NCBI GenBank assembly: GCA_963924565.1
Contig: OZ004613.1
Location: 15,996,001 to 16,060,000, forward strand
Reading direction: 5' to 3'
DNA from: Ascidiella aspersa
Lineage: Eukaryota
DNA length: 64,000 nucleotides
Shown: positions 38,720 through 50,212 of the stretch, piece by piece
Layout: each line of letters starts with the position of its first letter
How positions within the stretch are numbered: position 1 is the stretch's first letter
The notes under the pieces: model-generated
Told to the model about the DNA's origin: nothing
The model's database searches: none
Seen by the model: only the letters and a program-made list of their open reading frames with translations
Position numbers and translations under genes: made by a program

Positions 38720-41700
38720 ACTTATGCGAAGATATGAAAACGTCAAGTGCTTCAACGTCGAACCACATCCACGACTCCCACATTGCGCCCTTTTCAGGGC
38801 GGACAATTGTCAAAGATGAGAGGATGTCGGTTCTCTAGTTGAATGTAGAGGGCCTCACCAACGCTAAGCTGGAAGTAATCACAAGACTGGCCGAAGAACA
38901 TGATGCAGTCTTGATTCTACTCCAAGAAACCCACTGTGATACAGATGCTAGGCTAAAGATTCAACAATATCGCCTTGCGGATCATACCACTAGCCGGAAA
39001 CATGGAATTGCCACATTTGTTAAAAATTGCTTTAAGTACACCATCAAAGCAAGATTCCCTAAAGAAAGCGACATTGAATGGCATGCTGTTAAAGTACAAG
39101 GAACCTCTTACGTTAACGTCTACAAGCCGCCACCTGTAGCACTCGAGATAAATTCGCTACCCATACTCCCTGCCCCTTGTCTGTATGTAGGTGACTTTAA
39201 TTGTCACCACACGGAATGGGCGTACCAGGCCAGCAATCGCGATGGAGAAACCCTTTCCAACTGGGCATCTACTAACAACCTGTCGCTCTTGTATGACCCA
39301 AAAGACCCCGACAGTTTTACCTCGGGACGCTGGAGCACTGGAAGCAATCCAGACCTTGCTTTTGCTAAAGCGTCTACTGGACAAGCCCTTCCTGAACGAC
39401 ACGTCATCAGTCGGTTCCCTCGGTCACAGCACATAGTTTCAATAACATCAATGGCCGGTCCTTTAAAACCCACCCCAAGCAAACCTGTGAGACGGTGGAA
39501 TTTCCGAAAGGCACGTTGGTTGCTCTACAACAAGGCAACACACCATATGGCAAAAACTTTGCCAAGCCCAGACTCGCAAGACCAAAATAAGACCTACCAC
39601 GCTTTCGCAGGAATGCTGACACACGCGGCAAAACAGGCAATCCCGCGGGGATTCCGCAATAAGTACGTCCCATGCTGGGACCAGGACTGCCAGGACCTGT
39701 ATAGCCAGTTTAAACGCTCCAGCAATTTTGAAGAAACCAAATCAGCAGCCGATGACCTGGTAGACCACCTAGACCGAAAGCGCCAAGCTCGCTGGATCGA
39801 GACAGTAGAATCCATCGACTTCACGCACTCTAGCCGAAAGGCGTGGCTCATCATTAGTCGACTCACGGGCCGTGGCAAGGCTACTCCGGGCAAGTGTCCT
39901 GTCACAACAAACGCTATAGCTTCGCGTCTGGTGAAAAAAGGTCGCAATGCCAAAATTCATCGGCAATCCAAGACAAGTCTAGTAAAGAAACTATCAGAGC
40001 TTTGGAAATCACCGACTGCAGACGCAAACCTCTAGCGAGTGTACACCCGAAGATGTCCGCAACGCCCTTCGGAAGCTAAAGTCCGGTAAAGCACCTGGCC
40101 CCGATCGCCTCCATCCAGAATTCCTCATACACATGGGGGACTCTGCGATCCATTGGCTTGCAAAGTTCCTCTCGTCGTGCATGAACCGTCTAAAAATTCC
40201 AAAGATATGGAGAAGAGCCCTTGTGATAGCCATACCCAAGCCAAACAAGCCAATCGACGACGCGAAGAGCTACCGCCCAATATCCCTGCTAAGCATCCCT
40301 TTCAAGATCCTTGAGCGAATCATACACTTACGATTAGAACCTGTCGTTGATCCCCAATTACCACCAGAGCAAGCAGGCTTCAGGCGTGGTAGGTGCACAT
40401 CAGACCAAGTCACCCTCCTGACCCAGGATATTGAAGATGGTTACCAAGCCAACAACAAAACAGGCGCTGTATTCTTAGACCTGACAGCTGCCTATGACAC
40501 CATATGGCCAGGGCCCAACCTACAAGCTCCTGAAAACCGTCCCTGACAAACGCATGGTACAGTTTATCATGGAACTGGTATCTAACAGGAGTTTCATTCT
40601 CCGAACCAGCGACGGCCAACAAAGTCGTTTGAGGCGGCTAAGAAATGGGGTCCCACAGAATTCTGTGCTTGCACCGATGCTCTTTAACATATACATGTAT
40701 GATCTTCCCCAAACCACTGCCCGAATATACTCATACGCAGATGACATCGCCATACTTACGTCAAGCCGGAGTTGGGAAACTGTCGAAAGGATTTCGGTTC
40801 ACTCTCAACATACCTTGAAAAATGGAGACTGGTGTTGAGCGAAACAAAGTCTGTCGCTTCCGCCTTCCACTTAAACAACAGGGAAGCCTCCAGGGAGATA
40901 CGCATCCTATGTAACGGTTCCAACCTTCCCTTTGACCCGTGCCCCACCTACCTTGGAGTAAAATTGGATCGTTTCCTCACGTTTCGAAAACACCTTGAGG
41001 GTTTGAGGAACAAGGTCTCATCCCGAGCTGCTCTAATTAGGAGACTCGCTGGCAAAACGTGGGGTTCCAACATTAAAGTTTTGCGATCTACGGCACTTGC
41101 GCTTGTATATTCGCCAGCAGAATACTGTGCGGCCGCATGGTCCAGGAGTGCACACACCAAACTACTGGATGTGCCAATAAATAACTGCTTGCGGACCATC
41201 ACTGGCTGTCTAACAGCAACCCCAGTAAACAACCTCCCAGTGCTAGCAGGGATAGAGCCAACTAACATAAGGCGAGAGGGAGCAACCTTTGCTCAAGGGC
41301 CCAAAAGGCACTCTTGCGCCCTGACCATCTACTGCACAGCAAAATTTCGGGCTGTGCGCAGGCGACGCGACTGAAGTCACGACACTCCTTTGTAACCGCA
41401 GCACAGTCATTCAAGAAAACAATCCTTGATGGCAAAACTGCGTTAGAATGGAAGGAGGAAACCTGGGAAGAAGAATGGTCAACAAACAAGACAAAGCTAC
41501 ACGGATCCATCTCCGCGGCTCGCTACCACGCCCCAGAGCTGTCGAGAACATCGAATGTGAAACGCAACCGCTAAATAACAGGAGTCGGCCGTTTTGCCTC
41601 CTCTATGTTTCAATGGGGCCTTGCCTCTTCCCCACTATGTGAGTGCGGAGCCACACAAACGGCAATCCACATCGTGGAAGAATTCCAAACTATTCCTGTC

Positions 41701-41790
41701 CCAGTGGTTGGGCAGCAATATTGGCCGCAAAACCCTCTACCACGCAGTGGCTTGCTAGCCACTGCCCAGATATCTAACCAACACGAAAGA
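38628..41790 (+). mobile_element. Full-length, inactivated single-ORF non-LTR retrotransposon (APE + RT + C-terminal Cys/His finger), Ingi/Vingi-like
   Basis: About 3.16 kb, no ORF1, no recognisable RNase H; 3' end CACGAAAGA; flanked by identical 52-bp direct repeats (38576-38627, 41791-41842); HDV-like fold at the 5' end. The clade name is inferred from architecture. Confidence 0.9.
38734..41777 (+). pseudogene. AP endonuclease/reverse transcriptase pseudogene
   Basis: ATG 38734; TAG at 38836 where L-Q-LNVEG is expected; LQETH, GDFN, PDL, SQH (endonuclease); YRPISLL, QAGFR, DLTAAYD, GVPQNSVLAP, YADD, YLGV (RT); CECG..QT..H. Frameshifts near 40030, 40508, 40790 and 41290. Confidence 0.92.
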
Positions 41791-41868
41791 AGCCTACTGA
41801 AATAAGTTAAGTAAACCACCAAGTGTTCTTAAATTTGTCGTGTTCTGTGTCATTTTTCCTGATTGCTT

Positions 41869-41968
41869 NNNNNNNNNNNNNNNNNNNNNNNNNNNNNNNN
41901 NNNNNNNNNNNNNNNNNNNNNNNNNNNNNNNNNNNNNNNNNNNNNNNNNNNNNNNNNNNNNNNNNNNN
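41869..41968. other. Assembly gap (100 N)
   Basis: Run of N characters. Confidence 1.
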
Positions 41969-43276
41969 GAAAATTTGCCGCGATCGGTTATGAATATTAA
42001 TATCGATTATCGTCTATCGCCGACTGAACCACTTATCCAAGCCAAAATTATAACAAATGGGGTATCATTAGAAAGGTGTGACCACTGTCCTCCTCTTAAT
42101 ATAGGTCATTATTGGGGCAGTTGGCAATATCGAATCGTTTTGGCCGGATGTTACCAGGATGAAAAATCACGATATTTCGTCTGTGTAGTTGTAAATAGGA
42201 ATTTTTTAAACTTTAATTTTTTTCTTCAAAATTCCTTTCTCTAAGAAGATAGAGTAGACAAAAGCAGCGTGTAAAAATCTTGTTCGATTCCGAGTCGAAT
42301 TGACTAGACTGGAGCCGCTTAAAAATCGCCGCGATAAGGATTAGAATCGAGCAGTCTGGAGCAGTATCAAGATGGCCGCGATCGGTTATGAATATTAATA
42401 TCGGTTATCGGCGCTATTAAATACTTTCCCCCATTAAACTTATAGCAAGTTTTATTTCACTGGAAAGGTATTTTCTTGCGCAACCCGAATTTGTTTGGTA
42501 AAATAATGGATCAAGCTTTTTTTCCTTATTTTATTGCAAATATTAATTATGAATATTAATATTTTTTTTAATTTTTATAATTTTTTATTAAATTTATAAT
42601 GTATAGACAATTCTTAATATTTTGGTATATTTTTTTTTTTTTTTTTTAATTTTTGTCGTAAATATGTTTATTTTGGCCTTTGTATTTCTTTGTGATGGCT
42701 TTTGTGCTGTGTAGCTTCTGGTGCCAGTGTATATGTTTGGTATTAATTTACACCTGCGAAAACACTAGCAGCTGTGTGGAAGCACGTGGTTGTGCTAATG
42801 GCGTGTTGTGCTTTTTGCGCGCCTGTCGTTATATGCTAAGACGAATTCCTGTGCTGACATTTGTTTATATTTGCCCTCACAGCTTTTATTGCGTCTTTTT
42901 GATATTTCCTGTTTAATTAGCAGTTGTAGAGGTGTGCAGTCTGAACAAACCCCAAGGATGGTTCGCAAATACAAAACGTTTGGAAGATCGTAAAAAACAG
43001 AGTACCTGCATGCTATTGCTGCATGCATTGTTTGGCCAGTCTGCATGTGGCAGGTGCACCAGATTGGAAACTTTGGATTTTGCGCGGGGGAGACGATTTT
43101 GCAGCTTGAAATTGCGCGGCTATAATAACATTTTCCGCCTAAAAAATGGAGTACTATATCCGTTACCTCGACGGAAATTTTGCGCGTTTGAGCGATTTTT
43201 CGCGGCTGACCACATTTGACGTTGATTTTACATGAAATGCGCGGCTACGACCGCGGCTGAGCGGGAAAAGGCCTTA

Positions 43277-45217
43277 CGGCGCTGGTCTAGAATCCCATCA
43301 GGGTTGGTAGCCGAGGTCGCATATACGGGCGTTTATGTCGCATATACGGGCGCTTGTAGGTCGCATATACGGGCGGAGATGTCGCATATACGGGCGTTCG
43401 CATAATGTCGCATATACGGGCGAATTTCTCTACCGAACATACTACTGTGTGGTGTAAGGCGTCGGAATGGCGTTCTATCAGATTTTAGTAGGCCATTATG
43501 AAGTGTTTGTGTTGCCTGACAGTTATGACGTCATATAATGTCTTCATCGTGACGTCACACTCATCAAGTGCTGTAGTAAATAGCTCATATTTGGCTAGGT
43601 CGCATATACGGGAGTTCGCATAATGTCGCATATACGGGTGAATTTCGCTACTGAACACACTGTGTGGTTTAAGGCGTCAAAACGGCGTTCGAATGAATTT
43701 TAGTTGACCATTATAAAATGTTTGTGTTGCCTGACAGTTATAACGTCATATCATGTTTTCATTGTGACGTCACACTAATCTAGTGGTGTAGTAAATTCCG
43801 ATATATTTGGCTAGGTCGCATATACGGGCGTTCGCATAATGTCGCATATACGGGCGAATTTCTCTACCGAACATACTGTGTGTTTAAGGCGTCAAAACGG
43901 CGTTCGAATAAATTTTAGTTGGTCATTATAAGGTGTTTGTGTTGCCTGACAGTTATGACGTCATATTATGTCTTCGTAATTACGCCACACTAATCTAGTG
44001 GTGTAGTCAATTACCATACTGTAATACTGACGGTCCTAACGATTCTTGCTAACAAAATACAGCAGCTGCCAATTAACACACTCAAAATACATTTGTATTG
44101 GATAAATAAAAAATATAAACAAAACTATAAAATAAGACTATAAATTAGCAAACGGTTTATATAAGGTTATTTTGTTACATCATACATTCGATTTTTGTTC
44201 TGGTAATGTATTTCACATTTTGCTTGATTTCTTGTCGGTTAGCTGACCGTCATAAAATATGGCTTTGTCTCCATGGTAAATTTCGATATACAGCGAGCCA
44301 ATCCAAAATTTGGCAGCAAAATCGTATAATCTTTTATTTAAAGAAAACAATTACTAAACAAATACTGTAAAACGTAAAATAAAATATCGCGAAATCCAAA
44401 AAAGAACGCAACAATATTGCAATAATAATAGTATACTCACTTGCGGGAGGCTATTTGTATGTTTAAAACAACAGATAAGTAAATGAAAAATAAATAACAG
44501 GCGTAATATATATCAAACTAGATTTTTTCATTAAACACAGTGTTTCTATTGAGGACAGCGACTGAAGTGACAAGAAGGATTAGGAACATAAAAAATGAAT
44601 TTATTTAATTTTAAGTTAAAAAAATTATTCGAACGCCGTTTTGACGCCTTACACCACACAGTATGTTCGGTAGAGAAATTCGCCCGTATGTGCGACATTA
44701 TGCGAACTCCCGTATATGCGACCTAGCCAAATATATGGTAATTTACTACACCACTAGATTCGTGTGACGTCACGATAAAGACATGATATGACGTCATAAC
44801 TGTCAGGCAACACAAACATTTTATAATGGCCAACTAAAATTTATTCGAACGCCGTTTTGACGCCTTACACCACACAGTATGTTCGGTAGAGAAATTCGCC
44901 CGTATATGCGACATTATGCGAACGCCCGTATATGCGACATCTCCGCCCGTATATGCGACCTACAAGCGCCCGTATATGCGACATAAACGCCCGTATATGC
45001 GACCTCGGCTACCAACCCCTCTCTAGAATCCTACCACAACGAAACACCATTTGGGTTAGGGTGCGGGTTAGCGTTTGGGTTAAGGTGGGTCAAGTATTAT
45101 TATTAAACAAAGAATATAATAATACTTGACCCACCCACACCCGAACGCTAACCCGCACCCTAACTCAAATTTTGTGCGTTGATTTTAGAACTGTGGTAGG
45201 ATTCTAGACCAGCGCCG
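43277..45217. mobile_element. Palindromic MITE (about 200 bp) with 6-bp TSD, interrupted by a foldback element
   Basis: TIR CGGCGCTGGTCTAGAATCC(TACCACA) / TGTGGTAGGATTCTAGACCAGCGCCG; TSD GCCTTA at 43271-43276 and 45218-45223. Confidence 0.85.
43296..45021. mobile_element. Foldback-type non-autonomous DNA transposon (Mutator-like TSD length)
   Basis: About 395-bp modular inverted arms starting GGGTTGGTAGCCGAGGTCGCATATACGGG; short GTCGCATATACGGGCG repeats plus about 216-bp tandem units; TSD TCTAGAATCC at 43286-43295 and 45022-45031. Confidence 0.88.
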
Positions 45218-46914
45218 GCCTTACTTTCCAACCTGACAGGTGCACACACGATTTTTGTGTGCATACCTAAATAAGTACACAGTTATGGTAGGATTCATTA
45301 CCTTAGGTGCACGTAAATGTTGTTGTACACCTGTACAGCTTGAAATTTGGCACTGCACACCCGAGATATCGCGTGAAGTGACATGAATTGCACTGTGGTG
45401 GTTTACTATGCAAAACATGCCATTTCAGTGCAGTTTTCGAAATATACAGCTTAACAAACAAGCTCCGGCATTTACCAGTTAACTTAATTTTGTGTTTTTT
45501 ATTATGACTGTAAACCTTTCTTTTAGCGTTTTGTAACCCATTTTTTTAAACGTGCTTTGACTTGTCAGTATAGGGATCTTTAAAGTAGAATATTAGATCA
45601 TTTTTATTTGTTTTATTGCGGAAAGTTATGCCTAATTGGTCGTTCGCGACTGGCAAGTTTGGTTAAAGGCCTGTCGCTGTGGAAAAACAATTACTGTGCT
45701 GCTTTATTACGTAGCCATGCAGTGCAACGTCAGCATTTTTTCGGGCGCTCAATTATTACTTGCCGATACCCTTGCCTCATTATCAAGTGTCAGAAAAATG
45801 CTGTTTGGGGAGCAACTAATGTGCAATGCCAGGTGCAACGGTTTCGCAATTTCGTATAAAGGCGTTCAGTCGCAAAAGAAACATTCCATCATACACTGCA
45901 TAAAGTATGCTACAGGGTTATTCAAATATGCAAGGTCATTTTTAGGCCAACATTCAATAGGCACGCATTTATAAAAGAAAATCAAGAAATCATCTTGATG
46001 AATGTGGCGACATCGCTTGGCTCACTACAAAACAGAGCCGAATATAAAAAATAACCAGGTGGCGTCAAAGAACAAGATTTGTAATGACTAACTAAGTTAA
46101 TTTAAATTAAAATGCCTTATTTGTACAATTTTTAGAAGTAAGTGGATTTATTCGTTGATTAATGGCTATATTTGTTATTAACGTGAAAAAGTAAAACTAC
46201 TAAGTATATGTTAAACACAATGCTTGTTTTTTCAAAGGGGGGTCACAAGGGTCGAGAGCCTTTCAAAGGGGGCCACGAAGCATAAAAGGTTGAGAACCAC
46301 TGGTCTATACCAATTGGCGCTTCATAATTAACTATAACTGCCGTTTTGGTTATAATGTTTTTACAACAAGTCTAGTTACCCATTCTTATTTGAAAGACTT
46401 TGCTATACAAAAAAAATTGGATTTTTAATATTTGCAGACCTTCATGATTTAGCGAGTAACATAGACAATTTTTTAATTGGTAAGTGCCTTTTAAGACATC
46501 TAAACCTTGTCCAAATGCAATTTTCACTTCCAAAAGATTAGTAGGTTTTACTTTGCATACATTTTTACTTAACTTATAGCATTTAAATGTATATTTTCTT
46601 TTGATGTGTTCAAAATAATTTATTTTTAAATGCTCTTAACTTCTTAATCAAGGGAGGTTTTTTGGCAAACTTTTTAAACCTTTTCTGTATAAAGTAAATA
46701 ATATGAAAATATGACGTTGGTAGATACAAGGGCTTGATGATTTGATATTAATAACCCATTGACCAGCGGGTAAGTGCAAAATCACAACCCGGCTTAGGGT
46801 TATGTTTTTATTCCTAACTCATTGTTTACTTATAATTTTACAGAACTGTCTTAGTATAATTTATTTGAACTATATATATGGCTGGTGCTTTTTTGAATTA
46901 AAAAACTTATATGG

Positions 46915-48777
46915 ATGGATCTCTTTGGAAAAAAGCGAATTCCTGAAGATGTAGTACAATATCATATCTTCCATAAAAATGTTTTGTCACAAGAGTTTGA
47001 TGAAAGCTTTGATTGGAATAAACTTCTTATAGAGTGCCATGCATACATTGTCAAGCAAACAAGTACTTACTTATGGCAGAATGAATCATTTAACCTATGT
47101 TTGTCTAATCACGAAAAAATACCCTGTCTGTCTGGATCAACAAACTTTGGGGAATATGTGGGTGATGAATGGTATATTGTTTATCTACTTCATCAGTTGA
47201 CTGAAAAATATCCACAACTTATTGCAATGGTCTATGATAATGATGGACAATTTTTATTGATTGAAACTGCTGATGTAATACCAAAATGGATTACACCAGA
47301 TAACAGTTTAAACCGTGTGTTTATTAGTCAAGGAGTTTTGCATGTTGTTTTGAAACCAAAAAGTCCATCTGAGATCCCCTACATTCCCGTTGGAAATCCA
47401 ACTTTGGAACAGTCTCTTCATGTTGTTGGTAATTGTCCATGGATGACCCAAGCATCATCTGACATTCTCAAATGTATTGTGAAGCGTGTTGGTCGCTATC
47501 CAAAGGAGGCAGAAGATAACATTGTAAAAGTGAATGTGTTGATTAGTAGAAAAATAATTTACATTCTGGATAGATATCCTTCCATAATATCCGCATGTGT
47601 AAGTGCATTTTATTTGAGGGATCCAATAGATTTAAAAGCTTGCAGACAATTCAAACACTTTTTACCGAATGACAGAGAATGGACTCAAATTCCAATGACT
47701 AAATGTCATTATGCCCAACTACAACAACAGCAATTTATTCCTGATAGGCGGAGTGGATATTGCAATAAGGAAAATCTGTATTCAAACCTTAAAAAGGGTG
47801 TTGATTTGGGAATAAAAATTTGCCATGGCTTTGAAATTCTTTGTTCCAAAAGTAAACCTTTTAGTAAAGACACAAATGATGGTGCCAGTGTGGATGCCAT
47901 CAAACTTAATAATTTTATTCATTCATTAGAAGAAATGGGATATTTTCATGGTGAAATTGAAGGTTCAAAGTTGCATCAAAGGTTACTGGAAAAGGCAAAA
48001 CAGTATTATAAAGATTTTATTGTTTTAGGTGACAAATCTGGCCATTACCTTGAAGTTCTACCAAAGATTTTTAACTATTTACAGGAGCTATCGGAGTGTC
48101 AACATCAACCTAGCTTAACAAATCTTCAGGTGTTTGATCCCAATAACTTGCCTCTGGAAGATTCAGATGATTGGTTGTATCTTGGCAACAAGGAACTTGA
48201 AGAAATGGTCCAAGATATGAATAATGGCTTTGAAAACTTACGAAGCAAAACTTCCGACATTGGACCTGAAGAGGAAAAAATCCAATCCTCAATAAAGAAA
48301 GTTCACCATTTTGTTAAAAAGGTTTCTGATATTGAGGGTGTTGAAATGGACGATGGGCTTCAGTTTAAGTCTCAAGACTTTTTAGCTTCTCTTAATTCAA
48401 TGTTAAATATATCAGAACAAAACACCAATTGGCCATTGGAAAGTGATGGACTTTCTGATGACTTTTTAAGCAGTGAAGATGAGCTAAGTGATGACAATGC
48501 GCTGTCACATGATAAAATTGATCCCACTCTTCAAAAATACATGAACCAGATGGATGAAGAAATTGCAAGTACTAATGTTGGGAAAAGTTTCAAGTCCAAT
48601 TCCAGTGACGATTTCGACAAAAATTTGAGTGATGAAAGCAAGGATGTTAACATTGATTTAAATCTTGCACAGAATTTTTTGCAGGGAATGATACATGAAT
48701 CTGCTACTTCAGGCCCAGTGACAAACATACTTCAAAGTTTGGGATTGGATTTAAAAAACATAGACCTTGTTAACTAA
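46915..48777 (+). CDS. ECD: Protein ecdysoneless homolog (SGT1 family), single coding exon, 620 aa
   Basis: YLWQNESFNL, G.TNFGE.VGDEWYIVYLL, DNDGQFLLIE.AD.IPKWI.P..S.NRVFI, AFYLRDPIDLKACR, TKCHYAQLQQQQF.PDRRSG, G.KI.HGFEILC, GYF.GEIEGS, YMNQMDEE, VNIDLNL..NFL...SGPVTNILQSLG. Confidence 0.95.
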   Translation: MDLFGKKRIPEDVVQYHIFHKNVLSQEFDESFDWNKLLIECHAYIVKQTSTYLWQNESFNLCLSNHEKIPCLSGSTNFGEYVGDEWYIVYLLHQLTEKYPQLIAMVYDNDGQFLLIETADVIPKWITPDNSLNRVFISQGVLHVVLKPKSPSEIPYIPVGNPTLEQSLHVVGNCPWMTQASSDILKCIVKRVGRYPKEAEDNIVKVNVLISRKIIYILDRYPSIISACVSAFYLRDPIDLKACRQFKHFLPNDREWTQIPMTKCHYAQLQQQQFIPDRRSGYCNKENLYSNLKKGVDLGIKICHGFEILCSKSKPFSKDTNDGASVDAIKLNNFIHSLEEMGYFHGEIEGSKLHQRLLEKAKQYYKDFIVLGDKSGHYLEVLPKIFNYLQELSECQHQPSLTNLQVFDPNNLPLEDSDDWLYLGNKELEEMVQDMNNGFENLRSKTSDIGPEEEKIQSSIKKVHHFVKKVSDIEGVEMDDGLQFKSQDFLASLNSMLNISEQNTNWPLESDGLSDDFLSSEDELSDDNALSHDKIDPTLQKYMNQMDEEIASTNVGKSFKSNSSDDFDKNLSDESKDVNIDLNLAQNFLQGMIHESATSGPVTNILQSLGLDLKNIDLVN

Positions 48778-50212
48778 TATTACAATTGTTATCATTTTAC
48801 AATTTGGCATCTAGTAAGTTGATTTATTATTTGCTTTCACATAAACTATTTTCATCATATTTGTTTAAATATTTGTCAATAATGTTATAAATGTTATCAT
48901 CATCAAAATCCTATGTAGTGGTAATTGATACTCAATCAACACATACTTTTACTTACATACCTGACCTGATGTTGTTGGTTGTACACCCAGACCTCAAAAG
49001 GTAATAGAACACAAAACTTCCTGTTATGTGACAATTAAATGGTAGAAACTTTTTTCTCATGCAACAGTTGTCTGAATCACATGCAGAAAGTTTGGAGGAA
49101 TCATTCACAGTGAAGTAAAATACACCAGGAATGGTAATAATAAGTTAATGGAAATATTGCTGGTTATCTTGCAAATTGATGTCTTATTGATTTAAAATCG
49201 GTTAAAGTAAAGATTTTTTTTCTGATTGCTTTCATGTAACTCTGATACCCATGTCTAAGCAAAAATTTGTTGTTGCTATTGTTTCCAGACCTACTGAAAT
49301 CAATTATTCTCCAAAATAATATCTTAAACAATGAATACCGAAGGCCAATTGTTGCATAAATCACTAATGATACATGCTCTGCAACTACAAATATTAATTA
49401 AACAAGCGCTCCAAACAGGGTAGAAGTCCTACTTATTAAATAGACCAGGAAACAATTGAGATTGTCTTTACAAGAATTATGAAAGCACACCAAAAAGAAA
49501 GGCATATTAAATCTTTATGGAAAACATTTAGGTAGGACGAAAATTTGCAGACAACTTGTTAACATTTTCAGCCAATGTTATTTTGTTGTGGCAACTGCTG
49601 ATTGGTAGACACTGCCCAGACTGGCAAACACCAATTTTAATCTAGTACTAACCCTGATATATATCATCAATTTTGTAAACCTAATTTATACCGTCTTTAT
49701 AACATGTCTATTGTATCGTGAGTAACACATCTGTGACTCAAAACTTCAATTTTAGTAACTGCATTTATGTGCTTTAAGTGAACTTTTAACGTGTTTTCTG
49801 TGAAGCCTAATAGCTGTTGGGTCAATGGGCCTCATTAGCATATGTTTTCTGTGCTAAATGGGTATCAAAATCTAAATTAAAGTTTTTTTTTTAACTAAAT
49901 AGCTGCAATTTTTGTCACAATTGCCTCGCTGCCTTATCTTTAAACTCAATTGCACATTTACACATAACTTCAAACAGAATAGGAGGTTTCTTTTATATTG
50001 TCACATTTTGACATAACTTATAATGTGTATATTTGAGATCCGTATTTTAGGTGGTCTGGGTAACTGAGGTTGGACTGTATTTGAAAAATTGTTATTATAT
50101 CGATATTTAATAATGCATTTTAATGACATATTTTTTTTATTGTTTTTTAAGATTGTGATTAGGTTGTTATAATAACAAAAAAACTTTAATAATTGTTTTT
50201 TGTGTACCAATT

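Noticed and set aside
43301-45018. CRISPR-like GTCGCATATACGGG repeats
   Set aside because: The intervening sequences are themselves repeated and mirrored; these are foldback transposon arms with a TSD.
45050-45165. Telomeric TTAGGG-like sequence
   Set aside because: Isolated degenerate motifs inside a MITE, not a telomeric array.
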